Notes under the pieces: generated by a model
The model's database searches: none
Told to the model about the DNA's origin: nothing
The model's input: the letters and a program-made list of their open reading frames with translations, nothing else
Position numbers and translations under genes: made by a program
Assembly: GCA_963716725.1 (NCBI GenBank)
Contig: CAVQUB010000022.1
Coordinates: 71,884 to 135,883 of the forward strand
DNA length: 64,000 bases
Reading direction: 5' to 3'
DNA from: an uncultured delta proteobacterium
Lineage (GTDB): Bacteria; Myxococcota_A; Polyangia; Polyangiales; Polyangiaceae
Shown here: one piece after another, positions 1 through 10,818 of the stretch
Layout: each line of letters begins with the position of its first letter
How positions within the stretch are numbered: position 1 is the stretch's first letter

Positions 1-871
1 CCGCCGGCCCTCGCTGGGCGTTGGTCCGCGACCAACTGCGACCGTCGTACTGATCGAAAGCCGTGCCTCGCAGGTAGAGCGCGATACGCAGGGGCGGGTC
101 TTGCGCCAGGTCCGACGGTTCGACCCGCATGGCGATGGTCGGGTCGCTGCGCAGCTTGCCGACACCGCCGAGATCGACCTTGTCCGAGAAGCCGATCATC
201 CGCTCAGGGCGGCCATGGTTCAAGAGCAGCAGGGACAAGCCCACGCGGGGGAACATCACAAAAAGAACGGCGGTGAACAGGAAGATCGGCACGGAAAGCA
301 AGCAGGTGAAGAGCAGGAACTGCCTGCCGATGACGCGCCGACTGCGCAGGATGCGCGGTACGTCGACCGGGAGCCCGGTGCGATCCCGCGCGCCTTGCCG
401 ATAGTTGCCTTCGACTTCTCGGCGCAGGTGACTCAGGACCAGAGCGCCGGGCGCGACGATCAAGAAGCCGATGAAGCACAGTCCGTAAGTGATGCCCCCG
501 CCCAGCACGGTTCCGGCGATCAGATGCAAAAGCGCCAGGACCACCACCTGCTGGTCGTGGGCCGCGCCCCGCCGTGTCGCCAGCCGAACGACCTGCAGGC
601 CTGCCGCGAACTCGACGGCGAGGGGCAACACCGCCGCGCCAACGCCGAGTCGGCCGAACTGCATCGCCAGGAGTCCGAGCGGCGCCAACACGCCGATGCG
701 GCGCATGAAGCGGTGGTCCTGCCAGCGCTCGGGAGTGGCGAGGGCGAGCCCGAGTCCGAGTACGATCGCGATGGTGATCCCGCGGTGCAACTCGCCGCTG
801 GTGACGAGGGCCAACAGACCGAGCACCGCCAGCGCGTCCGTCATGATGCGGTGAACGAGTCCGAACCTCAC
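1..871 (-). CDS. DUF3488/transglutaminase-domain membrane protein (TgpA-like), runs off the window
   Basis: Read by hand from GTG at 871, overlapping the DUF58 stop: [20 protein letters not shown]..., several TM helices, then FVMFPR...GFSDKVDLG...[15 protein letters not shown]. Lies downstream of moxR-DUF58. Confidence 0.8.
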   Translation of the reverse strand, partial: MRFGLVHRIMTDALAVLGLLALVTSGELHRGITIAIVLGLGLALATPERWQDHRFMRRIGVLAPLGLLAMQFGRLGVGAAVLPLAVEFAAGLQVVRLATRRGAAHDQQVVVLALLHLIAGTVLGGGITYGLCFIGFLIVAPGALVLSHLRREVEGNYRQGARDRTGLPVDVPRILRSRRVIGRQFLLFTCLLSVPIFLFTAVLFVMFPRVGLSLLLLNHGRPERMIGFSDKVDLGGVGKLRSDPTIAMRVEPSDLAQDPPLRIALYLRGTAFDQYDGRSWSRTNAQRGPA

Positions 872-1944
872 GCGGCCTCCCGAGGCTCGGCGAGGGGCTT
901 GGGCGGCAGGCTGCCGGCTCCCGGCGTGGGCTCGAGCAGCGCCAGGAAGCGCAGCAGCGGATCGGCGCCGACCGAGGCGTCTGCCCGCACGCGATCGCCG
1001 GTCGTGCAGCGGACGGTCACGCCGTCGCCTCGCTTGATGTGCGCGACGGCGCGCGATGCCACGTCCCGAATGCGCCGCTCGAAGCGAGTGGACCAGGCAT
1101 CGTCCGGAGCCGAACCCTGGTGGGTCGGATCGAGGGTGAGCTCCACGTCGCGGCGGGTCTCCCGCGCGCGTTCGCGCAGCACCATCTGCGTCGGCAGAGT
1201 GCTCTTGCGCCAGTAGATGTCCCGCGGGTCGTCTCCGTCGCGCATCGGGCGAACGCCCACGATTTCGTCCCCTGCGCCCCGTCCGAAGGCGCCATCACCC
1301 CCGAGGCGTCGTCCCATCTGATCTGGCGGGAGTCGCACCGGATCGACCGCGGGGTAGATGATCAGATCGCCTTCGGCTCCCAGCTCGCGCGACTTCTCGA
1401 AGAGTCCGAAGGGAAAACGCGTGGCGACCCGAAACCCGACATGCCGGTCACGGCCGCGCCGCGCGGGCGTCCGACGATAGGCGGCGACTTGGGCGGATCG
1501 CGGGCTGATCTTCAGGAAGAAGCAGCGCTTGTCTGCGGGTTGCCCGGCGCGCAGATCCTCGATCTCGATGGCGTAGGACGGGACCCGCTGCTTGTGGTTG
1601 TAGACCTCGATTTCGACCAGGTGAGCGCGCCCGACCTGCGCGCGGGGTGGCAGGCGGCGCACGACGGTCAGGTGGCGCAGCGAGAGCTCGCTCATCACGC
1701 CGGAGACGACGATCAGCGAGAGCAGCATGCCGAGCAGCAGGTAGAGCAGGTTGTTGCCGGTGTTGATGGCCGCGAAGCCGACACCGAAGGTGATGCCGAT
1801 GAAGTACTTGCCCTCCCGAGTGAGGCGCAGCTTGCGCGGCGGTCGGAACCAACGGCGGACCTTTCCCCACCAACCGACGGATGGCGTTTGGTCTTCCAGC
1901 GCGCGCTGGCTCTTGGGATGGGTCGCGAGGCGAGCGCCCGCCAC
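868..1944 (-). CDS. DUF58 domain-containing protein
   Basis: C-terminal part of ORF 868..2823: LTREGKYF...[14 protein letters not shown] hairpin, [28 protein letters not shown]. Start approximate. Confidence 0.85.
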   Translation of the reverse strand: MAGARLATHPKSQRALEDQTPSVGWWGKVRRWFRPPRKLRLTREGKYFIGITFGVGFAAINTGNNLLYLLLGMLLSLIVVSGVMSELSLRHLTVVRRLPPRAQVGRAHLVEIEVYNHKQRVPSYAIEIEDLRAGQPADKRCFFLKISPRSAQVAAYRRTPARRGRDRHVGFRVATRFPFGLFEKSRELGAEGDLIIYPAVDPVRLPPDQMGRRLGGDGAFGRGAGDEIVGVRPMRDGDDPRDIYWRKSTLPTQMVLRERARETRRDVELTLDPTHQGSAPDDAWSTRFERRIRDVASRAVAHIKRGDGVTVRCTTGDRVRADASVGADPLLRFLALLEPTPGAGSLPPKPLAEPREAA

Positions 1945-1952
1945 GATGCGCC

Positions 1953-2920
<968 letters not shown>

Positions 2921-3040
2921 CGGGCAGATGGTAGCACGGGGATCACGTCAGACGTTCTCGCAGCCACTCCAGGAGTAGCACGATCCGAAGCCCGTCCGAC
3001 TCCCTTCCGGGGGGTTCCCGTGGGCGGGCATGTGATATTC

Positions 3041-3692
3041 GTGTCCCGCGTGGTGCGAATCGAGCGTATCGAAGTCCGATCCGTCACGCGGCTTTTTGGC
3101 GCGACGCTGGCGCTGCGCGGGGTTTCCGCGGACTTTTTCCAGGGGCGAGCTGGTCTTTCTGGAGGGACCCAACGGCGCCGGCAAGAGCACCCTGCTGGCC
3201 GTCGTCGGAACCGTTCTCACTCCCAGCAGTGGATCGGTGCACTACGACCCGATCGGCAGCGACCGGGAGGGCGCCCGCGCTCACATCGGATGGGTCGCGC
3301 ATGAGTCCCACTGCTACCGTGAGCTCAGCGGGCGGCAAAACGTAGAGCTCGCCGCCCGGCTCCGCGGCGTCGAGCCGGTAGCGGCCTGGGAGTCAGCTTG
3401 CGAGCGGGTCGGCGCCCGCTCGTTCGGGGAACGTCGAGTCGCGACCCTGAGCCGCGGGCAGAAGCAGCGGATCGCCCTGGCAAGGGCTCTGGTCCACGAG
3501 CCGTCGATCCTCCTCCTGGATGAGCCGTTTTCAGGCTTGGACCCGGCGAGCTCGGAGCGACTCGAGCAGGTGCTGCTCGACGAACGCGACCGAGGCGCCA
3601 TCGTCATCGTCGTCAACCACTCGCTGGGGCTGGCCGATCGGCTCGGCGCTCGAACCGTCCGCATCGAGGCCGGGCGCGTGGTCAGCGCCTGA
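3041..3692 (+). CDS. ccmA: ABC transporter ATP-binding protein, CcmA-like (frameshift ~3140)
   Basis: GPNGAGKSTLL, LSRGQKQR signature, LLLDEPFSGLD. N-terminus (RLFGATLALRGVS) is in another frame. Confidence 0.65.
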
Positions 3693-4362
3693 ACGCGGCG
3701 GCGACGGCTTCGGCGAGCCCGTCGGCGTGGTCCTCCCCATACCCGAGCACGAAGGCAGGATCGGCGATGCCGAGCGCCCGCAGCTCGTCGGCGTTGGTCC
3801 CCGTCGACCCGTCGATCGATGGCGTCGACAGCGCCACGAGATCCGCCGGGCGTCCAAGTGCCCTCAGCGCGATCGAGGTGGCGCTCATCGAGTGCAGGAC
3901 GCCCAGCGCATCTGGGCCGACGAGGAGAAGAAGCGCCGGGTCGAGGGCGACCGCGAGATCCAAGCAGCGGGCGTTCTCGGTGAGTGGGGAAAGCGCCCCA
4001 CCCGCGGTCTCCACCAAGGAGTAAATGTATGGTGACGCGTCGTCACATAGGGCCAAACGAGACTCCTGGCTCTCGACCCAGGCTGACAGCTCTTTCACGT
4101 GGAACGGGCGCTTCTCACGGCGGGCAGCCAGATGAGGTGACAGAGCTGCGCGCAGCTCCACCAGCGGATGGGGCTCGGCAGCAATTGGGTTCTCGACGTC
4201 GAAGCCGCGCGCGTCGTCGCGCCCGCCGGACTCGACGGGCTTGAGGGCCAGGGTGGGAGCTGACTTTCGCAGCGACCGCGCCAAGGCGCACGTCAGGCGT
4301 GTCTTTCCCACGCCGGTGCCCGTCCCGACCACCACTACTCGGCGCAAGCGCTGATCAGGCAT
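3682..4362 (-). CDS. bioD: dethiobiotin synthase
   Basis: GTGTGVGKT, KPVESG, SPHLAA, VETAGG. Adjacent to bioF. Confidence 0.9.
   Translation of the reverse strand: MPDQRLRRVVVVGTGTGVGKTRLTCALARSLRKSAPTLALKPVESGGRDDARGFDVENPIAAEPHPLVELRAALSPHLAARREKRPFHVKELSAWVESQESRLALCDDASPYIYSLVETAGGALSPLTENARCLDLAVALDPALLLLVGPDALGVLHSMSATSIALRALGRPADLVALSTPSIDGSTGTNADELRALGIADPAFVLGYGEDHADGLAEAVAAAFRR
4091..4106. promoter_or_regulatory. parS-like site within bioD
   Basis: TCTTTCACGTGGAACG, 14/16 match to TGTTTCACGTGGAACA. Confidence 0.5.
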
Positions 4363-5453
4363 ACCGCGAGGCGCTCGAGGGTAGCCTCGTCCAACGCCGA
4401 AGACACGGTGATTCTGAGCCGTGCGCCGTTATCCGGCACTGTCGGTGGCCGGATCGCTTGGGCGCGGAAGCCGTTGCCCTGAAGCGCCTCCGCGGCGCGC
4501 AGCGCGCGCGCGTTGTCCCCGAGCAAGATCGCAACGATGGGGCCTATCGAATCCGGGGGGAGCTTCAGACCTGCCCCGAGCAGCCGCGTCCGGAGGATCC
4601 GAGCCCAGGCGCTCACCTGCTCGCGGCGGAGGTCGTCGGCGCGCGCGCGGCGCACGTTCCGAAGCGTCAGGCAAGCCAGCAGCGGGGAGGGGGCGGTGGA
4701 GAAAACCAGGCTGCGAGCCCGGTTCCAGAGCCACCGTTTCAGCGCGTGTGAGCCTGCCACGAACGCGCCCTGTGATCCCACACCCTTGCCGAGGGTTCCG
4801 GTCAAGGCATCGGGCAAAACGCCAGCGGCCCGGCAGAGTCCGCCGCCTTCCGGCCCGAAAACCGCCAGCGCGTGGGCCTCGTCCACCAGCAGCGCTGCCG
4901 AGTGCTGGTCGCACACCCGCCGCAACCCCGGGAGATCCGCGAGATCCCCGTCCATGCTGAAGTAGGACTCGGTGACGACGAAGGCGCGGCGGCGTGGGGT
5001 CTCAGACGCCAAGGCATGCGCGACCGACTCTACGCTGCGGTGCGGAACCACGGCCACTTCAGCCCGCGAGAGTCGGCATCCGTCAATGATCGACGCGTGG
5101 TTCAGCGCGTCCGAAACCACGAGATCCCCGGGACCGCAGAGCGCCTGGAGGAGCCCAAGATTTGCCGCATAGCCGCTGGAAAACAGCAGACTGGACTCCA
5201 TGCCGACCCAGTCTGCGAGCTCGGCCTCGAGCCCCAAATGCTGCTGGGTTGTCCCGAAAATCAAGCGAGAAGCCCCAGCTCCCAGCTCAGTCGCCGCACA
5301 TTCGAGCAGTGTTGCACGTGAAACAGGCTCTCGGGCGTAGCCGAGGTAGTCGTTCGAGGCGACATCCACCAAATCGCCGCGAGCCCCGGAAATCACGCGC
5401 AATAGCCCAGATTCAGACAAGACCAAGAGCTCTTTCTCTAGAAAGCCGAGCAT
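4335..5453 (-). CDS. bioF: 8-amino-7-oxononanoate synthase
   Basis: SNDYLG, GAGASRL, FSSGYAAN, DALNHASIIDG, SMDGD, DEAHA, TLGKG (PLP lysine), AIRPPTVP. Confidence 0.93.
   Translation of the reverse strand: MLGFLEKELLVLSESGLLRVISGARGDLVDVASNDYLGYAREPVSRATLLECAATELGAGASRLIFGTTQQHLGLEAELADWVGMESSLLFSSGYAANLGLLQALCGPGDLVVSDALNHASIIDGCRLSRAEVAVVPHRSVESVAHALASETPRRRAFVVTESYFSMDGDLADLPGLRRVCDQHSAALLVDEAHALAVFGPEGGGLCRAAGVLPDALTGTLGKGVGSQGAFVAGSHALKRWLWNRARSLVFSTAPSPLLACLTLRNVRRARADDLRREQVSAWARILRTRLLGAGLKLPPDSIGPIVAILLGDNARALRAAEALQGNGFRAQAIRPPTVPDNGARLRITVSSALDEATLERLAVCLISACAE
5310..5325. promoter_or_regulatory. parS-like site within bioF
   Basis: TGTTGCACGTGAAACA, 15/16 match to TGTTTCACGTGAAACA. 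Confidence 0.6.
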
Positions 5454-5553
5454 TTGCCAAACAGATAGCAGCTTCTGCCCTGCGGAGGGAGCCGCCACCC
5501 TGGAACGCGACCCGTGGCGCCGATGGCGACGCAAGAATACTGATCTGTTTTCT

Positions 5554-5569
5554 TTACAAACGCATGTAA
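5554..5569. promoter_or_regulatory. TTACA-N6-TGTAA inverted repeat in the AT-rich bioF/tetR intergenic region
   Basis: TTACAAACGCATGTAA in an unusually AT-rich stretch between divergent genes. Confidence 0.4.
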
Positions 5570-5667
5570 TATTAGCTACTTACGATGATCTGCGGGGTGT
5601 ATGCGGGAAAAGCCCCTGTTTCGGCGGCGGTTCTTGTTGAAGCAAGAAAACGCTGTAGTCTTCTTGG

Positions 5668-6243
5668 GTGGCGCCTCGAGGCCTCTACCAACGCGGGCTC
5701 AGCCAAGCCGAACGGTGGGCTCTCCATCGCAGCCAGCTGATCCGCGCGACCGCCGAGATAATCAATCAGCGGCAGTCGCCGAGCGTGCAAAGCATCGTGC
5801 AGCTCGCGGGAAAGGGCCGAAACACGTTCTACGCGCACTTCGCCAACCTCGAGCAGGCCACGCGGGCGGTGGAGAGCAGCGCGGCGACCCTCGTGGCAGG
5901 TCGGGTCGAGGCCGGGTTGCGCGCGAGCGTTGGCCCGAGAGAACTCCTCAGCAGCGTCATTTCGGCGTGGCTGTCGGCGGCGACGCACGCGCCGGACTTG
6001 GTCGGAGCGTTTTTGTCGTCGGCGTCGAGTTCGCGTTGCGCGTTGCTGGCGCGTCAACACCTGCGCGGAGCCCTCGAGGAGGCGCGAAGCTCGGGTCTGA
6101 TCAGCGGCAACATCGACGAAGCGCGCCTGCTCGCCGCCGTCGGCTGCTTCCTCGCGCTGATCCGGATCCGCGTCGAAGGTCGCGCGGCCGCCGAAGCCCT
6201 GGAACGAGTCGCGGTGGAGGTACTGCTCCGGCTCTTCCGGTGA
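5668..6243 (+). CDS. TetR/AcrR family transcriptional regulator
   Basis: LIRATAEII...SVQSIVQLAGKGRNTFYAHF HTH; 191 aa. Confidence 0.75.
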   Translation: MAPRGLYQRGLSQAERWALHRSQLIRATAEIINQRQSPSVQSIVQLAGKGRNTFYAHFANLEQATRAVESSAATLVAGRVEAGLRASVGPRELLSSVISAWLSAATHAPDLVGAFLSSASSSRCALLARQHLRGALEEARSSGLISGNIDEARLLAAVGCFLALIRIRVEGRAAAEALERVAVEVLLRLFR

Positions 6244-6288
6244 CCGCCGGGCATTTCCATCCGACTTCGCTGGTGCTACGGTCGACCA

Positions 6289-6621
6289 ATGAGCCGCGCG
6301 CCGGTCGAGCTTCGCGTGGGAGGACAGACCTATCGGGTCGTGGCCTCCGCGGGCGAGGCTCAGCTCCAGCGCTTGGCTGGGTTGGTCGACGACCGCCTAC
6401 GCGAGCTCACTGGCGCTGGGCGATCGATCGCGCCGCAGTCGCTGTTGCTCGCGGCGATTTCCCTCGCCCACGACCTCGAAGAAGAGCGCGCCCGGCGCGA
6501 AGCCGTGGAGGTACGATCGAGGGAAATGCTGCGCTCGGTCCTCCAGCGCATCGACGCCGCCCTCGAGGCCTTGCCGGAAGGTGGCGCCGAGGGATCCGAC
6601 AGCCACGTGTCCGACCCCTGA
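6289..6621 (+). CDS. zapA: cell division protein ZapA
   Basis: VELRVGGQTYRV, LAGLVDDRLREL, LLAAISLAHDL, then coiled coil; 110 aa. Confidence 0.85.
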   Translation: MSRAPVELRVGGQTYRVVASAGEAQLQRLAGLVDDRLRELTGAGRSIAPQSLLLAAISLAHDLEEERARREAVEVRSREMLRSVLQRIDAALEALPEGGAEGSDSHVSDP

Positions 6622-6629
6622 AGCCCGGC

Positions 6630-7193
6630 TCAGTCGTCGTCGCGATCTCGGCCGGCGAGCCACTCGTAGCCAATGAGGAACGGCAACGCCAAGACCAGGC
6701 CGTCGATCTGCGCCGCGATCACCAGCGTGTTGTGCTTCGGGCCCTTCAGATCGTGTTCGACGCCGAGCACGAGCCCACCCGCCATGACGTAGCTCGAGTG
6801 GAAGTTGAACGACCGGCTACCGAAGAACAGCCAGCCGGAAAGTCCCGGGTTCCAGGAGTCTTCGCGGCGAGCGTATCCGCCGGCAGAGAGCCCCAGCGGC
6901 AGGTACTTGGTCACCGGCAGCAGCAGCGTCGCGCCGCCGCCGAGTCGGAGATCGTCGAAGCCCGCGCTGGTGACGCTCAAGAAGGGTCCCGCGCTCGCGT
7001 CCGAGTAACGCTTGCGGCCGAAGAGCACGTCACCGCGGACGCCGTTGTACCAACAGGTGTCTTGCCAGTAGGCGCCGTCGGCTCCGCGCCCGCAGACTCC
7101 GGTCAGCGCGCTGGCGTTCCACTGCGGCTCCGCCTGCGCGGCCGTCGTGAAGGAGAGCGTCGCCGCGAGGACGACGAGCGCGGCCCGGATCAT
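6630..7193 (-). CDS. exported hypothetical protein, possible small outer-membrane beta-protein
   Basis: Signal peptide MIRAALVVLAATLSFTTAAQA followed by amphipathic beta-strands. Confidence 0.6.
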   Translation of the reverse strand: MIRAALVVLAATLSFTTAAQAEPQWNASALTGVCGRGADGAYWQDTCWYNGVRGDVLFGRKRYSDASAGPFLSVTSAGFDDLRLGGGATLLLPVTKYLPLGLSAGGYARREDSWNPGLSGWLFFGSRSFNFHSSYVMAGGLVLGVEHDLKGPKHNTLVIAAQIDGLVLALPFLIGYEWLAGRDRDDD

Positions 7194-7201
7194 CGGCCAC
7201 G

Positions 7202-7942
7202 CTAGGGCGTTTGGCAGGCCGGATCGGACGCGGCGCAGAAGCGACAATCGACGTAGTCGTCCTGGCCGATTCGGCAGCCCTGAGGCTCGTCGAACTCTTC
7301 CGTCGAGGTGCAGGCGTAGGTCGGCAGCTGAGCTGGATCGGCGGCCGAGAGCGGATAGCTGATGAGGCACCGATCACAGGTGTAGATCGGGTAGCGGAGC
7401 GCTGCCGAGGTGATTTCTTGGCCGCCCAGCGTTTCGCCAAACGCCCGGACTTCGACCAGATACAGGCCATTGGGAACGATCCCCACGCCGGCTGGGATCA
7501 GCGTCGTCGCGATCACCCCGTAGGCCGGGTCCTCTCCGGCTCCCACGTCGACGAAGCCGACTCCAGGCACCGTGAACTCCGCGATGGTCGCCTCTTGGTC
7601 GTCCATCAGGATGACCTCGGCGCCCTTGAGCACGACGCGGCTCGACTCCGTTCGGAGTTGGTCCTTCTTGCCACGCTTCGCGAGTTGGTTTCCGACCAAG
7701 AGGGCGGCGTCGTAGGTGCTCGTGAAGTGCAGATCCATCACTCCGCCGAGCAGCATGACGGAGTTGGCGTCGCCTTTTGCGATGCACTCGCCGGGCTCGA
7801 GTTTGAGCACGGCGCGGACGAACAGCATCGTGTCGTTTTCCGCACAGCCCTGGGTTGCCAGAGCGACGGGGGACAAGAGCCCACCAATCACGAGTGCTTT
7901 GGTCATGAACCGGCGCATGGGAAACCTCGATGTCGTGCGCAC
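7202..7942 (-). CDS. hypothetical lipoprotein
   Basis: Hydrophobic leader ending ATQG-C; Cys-rich C-terminus (CDRCL, CRIGQD). Confidence 0.65.
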   Translation of the reverse strand: MRTTSRFPMRRFMTKALVIGGLLSPVALATQGCAENDTMLFVRAVLKLEPGECIAKGDANSVMLLGGVMDLHFTSTYDAALLVGNQLAKRGKKDQLRTESSRVVLKGAEVILMDDQEATIAEFTVPGVGFVDVGAGEDPAYGVIATTLIPAGVGIVPNGLYLVEVRAFGETLGGQEITSAALRYPIYTCDRCLISYPLSAADPAQLPTYACTSTEEFDEPQGCRIGQDDYVDCRFCAASDPACQTP

Positions 7943-8044
7943 GCTGGGATCACGCGCGTTGAACCGAAGTGTATCGAGTGCAGCGCGGCTGCGCCAAGAA
8001 TCGCGGTGCTCGATGCGATCACTTCACTAAGTCTGGGCGTCCGC

Positions 8045-9604
8045 TCAGTTGAGCTGAGCAAGCCGTCTCAGCTGCTCGAGGGGCAACAGTTGGGTTTCGA
8101 CGCGCCCCGGCGCCGAAACCATCACGAAGTGGATGTAGGTCCCCTGGCGCTTCTTGTCGCGGCCGAGGATGGCTAGCGCGTCGTCCAGTCCGTTGGCCCT
8201 GAGCTCGACGGGCAGTCCCAACCGCATTAGGAGCCCGCGCACTCGCTCGGAAGTTGGGTGACTCGTGACTCCCAGGCGCTGCCCGACCTGCAGGGCCGCG
8301 ACGAGCCCGAGCGATACCGCTTCGCCATGGGTGTAGCAGCGATAGCCGGTGCTCGCCTCGAGCGCGTGCCCGATCGTATGACCCAGATTGAGTACGCGTC
8401 TGAGCCCCGACTCGCGCTCGTCGAGCGATACGATGCGCGCCTTGACGGCGACGCTGCGGAGAACGATCTCGATCAAGCTGGAGGGGTCACGGGCAACCAC
8501 CGCGTCGGCTCTTGCTTCCAGCAGATCGAGCAGCTCCGGGTCGCCTATCAGCGCAGTCTTCACCACCTCCGAGAGCGCGCTGACGAAACCGCGCTGGGGC
8601 TCGGTCGACAGCAGGGCGATGTCACAGAGCACCCCGGCGGGTTGCCAGAAGGCGCCGACCGAGTTCTTCGAGTCGTCCAGATCGACCGCGGTCTTGCCGC
8701 CCACGGATGCATCGACCATCGCCAGTAGCGTGGTCGGTACGGCGAGCCAGCGCGTGCCTCGCATCCAGGTTGCGGCTGCGAAACCGGTGATGTCCGACAC
8801 CACGCCCCCGCCGAACGCCACCAGCGTGCTCTCGCGGTCCAGGTCATGGGCCAGGGCTGCGCGCCAGATTTGTTCGAGCGCGCGGGGCGTCTTGTGCTGC
8901 TCGCCCGGTTCGAGTTCCAGGGGTTCGGCGCCCGGCAGCGCCGCCGCGAGGGTTGAGCCGTGCGCGGCAAGCACGTTCCTGTCGGTCACTACCAGGGTCT
9001 TGGTGGCTTCCGCCGTCAGAACCCCGAGTCGCTCCCGGACGATGGCGCTGCCCACCTCGATCGCATAGCTGCGCTCGCCGGCGGCCACGGCAATAGCTCG
9101 GCGATTCCACGCCGCCTGCACGGCGCGCGCGGACTCGTCGACGTCGCCCCGCCCGGTGTCGACCCGCGCGTGCGCCTCGGCGTAGGCAGGTCGACGTGCC
9201 GCCAGCAGCTCGGCTGCGCGCGCCCTCGGGTCCGGGCCCGCCAAGAGCGGGCGCGGCGTGGCTCCCGCTCGCGACAGCACGACGTCGAGCGGCGCGTCGA
9301 GGCAGACGACGCAGGCGCGATCGAGGGCGTCGAGGCGAAGATCCCGCGAGAGCAGAGCGCCACCGCCCAGAGCGATCACTCGCCGCGTCGGCTCCGCCAG
9401 GACACGCTCGAGCTCGGCGCGCTCCAGCCTTCGAAACCCGGCTTCGCCCACCGACTCGAAGATCTCCGAGACCCTGGCGCCGGCCCGGCGCTCGATGGCC
9501 ACGTCCAAGTCATCGAATGGGACGCCCTCGAGCTCCGCGACGCGCCGGCCGACGGTGGACTTTCCGGTCGCCATGAAGCCGTTGAGGAGCAGCGGACGGG
9601 TCAT
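8045..9604 (-). CDS. aroB: fused shikimate kinase / 3-dehydroquinate synthase (AroK-AroB)
   Basis: GFMATGKSTVG, GEAGFR, RPLL (AroK); GGGVVSD, PTTLLAMVDASVGGKT, LNLGHTIGHALE, HGEAV (AroB). Confidence 0.92.
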   Translation of the reverse strand: MTRPLLLNGFMATGKSTVGRRVAELEGVPFDDLDVAIERRAGARVSEIFESVGEAGFRRLERAELERVLAEPTRRVIALGGGALLSRDLRLDALDRACVVCLDAPLDVVLSRAGATPRPLLAGPDPRARAAELLAARRPAYAEAHARVDTGRGDVDESARAVQAAWNRRAIAVAAGERSYAIEVGSAIVRERLGVLTAEATKTLVVTDRNVLAAHGSTLAAALPGAEPLELEPGEQHKTPRALEQIWRAALAHDLDRESTLVAFGGGVVSDITGFAAATWMRGTRWLAVPTTLLAMVDASVGGKTAVDLDDSKNSVGAFWQPAGVLCDIALLSTEPQRGFVSALSEVVKTALIGDPELLDLLEARADAVVARDPSSLIEIVLRSVAVKARIVSLDERESGLRRVLNLGHTIGHALEASTGYRCYTHGEAVSLGLVAALQVGQRLGVTSHPTSERVRGLLMRLGLPVELRANGLDDALAILGRDKKRQGTYIHFVMVSAPGRVETQLLPLEQLRRLAQLN

Positions 9605-9677
9605 GCGCGGACGTTGCCAGAGCTCCGTGCGCGAGGCCACTGCTTCGGGTCAGGACTCGGGCTACGCTGCGTCGCGC

Positions 9678-9980
9678 GTGGACCAGCTCGTGATCGAGGA
9701 CACCGATGCCGGGGCTCGCCTGCGGGTGTGGGTCAAACCCCGAGCGTCGAAGAGCCGCGTGGTGGGCGTGCGCGAGGGGAACCTGGCGGTCGCCGTCGCG
9801 GCGCCGCCCGTCGACGGCGAAGCGAACGCGGAGCTCACCCAATTTCTGGCGAAGACGCTGGGCGTGGCGAGAACGGCGGTGAGCGTGCTCAGCGGTGAAT
9901 CGTCGCGGACCAAGCTGCTGGTGGTTCGCGGGGTCGACGCTGCAACGGTCCGGCGTATGCTCGGAGCGGCCATCACATGA
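9678..9980 (+). CDS. DUF167/YggU family protein
   Basis: VWVKPRASKS, AAPPVDGEANAEL, SGESSRTK. Confidence 0.85.
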   Translation: MDQLVIEDTDAGARLRVWVKPRASKSRVVGVREGNLAVAVAAPPVDGEANAELTQFLAKTLGVARTAVSVLSGESSRTKLLVVRGVDAATVRRMLGAAIT

Positions 9981-10777
9981 AGATCGATTTCGACAAGTAC
10001 GAAGGCCTCGGCAACGACTTCATCGTAATCGAGGCCGCCGATCACCAGTTGCTTTCCGCCGACCGCGCCAGGGCGCTCTGCGACCGTCACTTTGGCGTCG
10101 GTGCCGACGGTGTGCTGCTGGTCGCGCCGCCGACCAGCGCTGGATCTCGGGGCCGCATGGTCGTGCTCAACGCCGACGGGTCGCGGCCCGAGATGTGCGG
10201 CAACGGCATCCGCTGCGTGGCGCTCCACTTGGCACGGCGCGACCGCGCCAACGGCATCAGCTACGCGATTGACACGGACGCGGGGCCGCTGGCTTGCGAG
10301 GTCGAACGCGAGGGCGACTCCGGCTGGGTTCGGGTCGGCATGGGGCGGGGTCGCCCGCTCGACGACCACCGGGTCGAGCTGGACGGGAGAGTCGTGGAGT
10401 TTGCTCGAGTCTCGATGGGAAATCCCCACGCGATCAGCTTCGACGAGCCGCTCGATCCGAGTCACGCTGACCGGCTCGGTCCGCTGGTGTCCCGGGGGTT
10501 CCCCGAGGGCACGAACGTCGAGCTCGCCCGAAGGACTGGCGAAGACGCCTTCGACCTGGTGGTGTGGGAGCGAGGTGTCGGCCGCACGCTGGCGTGCGGG
10601 ACCGGCGCGGCGGCCACCGCCGTGGCGGCGGTTCGGTCCGGGCGCGCGGGATATGGGCGCCCCATCACCATCGCTTTGCCCGGCGGCGGGCTAGAAATGA
10701 CGGTGACCGAGGGCACGCTCGAGGTGAGCATGCGAGGCCCGGCTCGCCGGGTGTTCAGCGGCCAGACGGACGCATGA
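9977..10777 (+). CDS. dapF: diaminopimelate epimerase
   Basis: GLGNDF, GVGADG, MCGNGIRC, SMGNPH, ERGVGRTLACGTG. Confidence 0.95.
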   Translation: MKIDFDKYEGLGNDFIVIEAADHQLLSADRARALCDRHFGVGADGVLLVAPPTSAGSRGRMVVLNADGSRPEMCGNGIRCVALHLARRDRANGISYAIDTDAGPLACEVEREGDSGWVRVGMGRGRPLDDHRVELDGRVVEFARVSMGNPHAISFDEPLDPSHADRLGPLVSRGFPEGTNVELARRTGEDAFDLVVWERGVGRTLACGTGAAATAVAAVRSGRAGYGRPITIALPGGGLEMTVTEGTLEVSMRGPARRVFSGQTDA

Positions 10778-10818
10778 CACCCCTCGACACCGGATCGGTG
10801 CGCGCTTAGACCCGTGCT

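Noticed and set aside
6621..6640. 6S RNA downstream of zapA, as in many bacteria
   Set aside because: Only 8 nt separate zapA from the convergent gene; there is no room.
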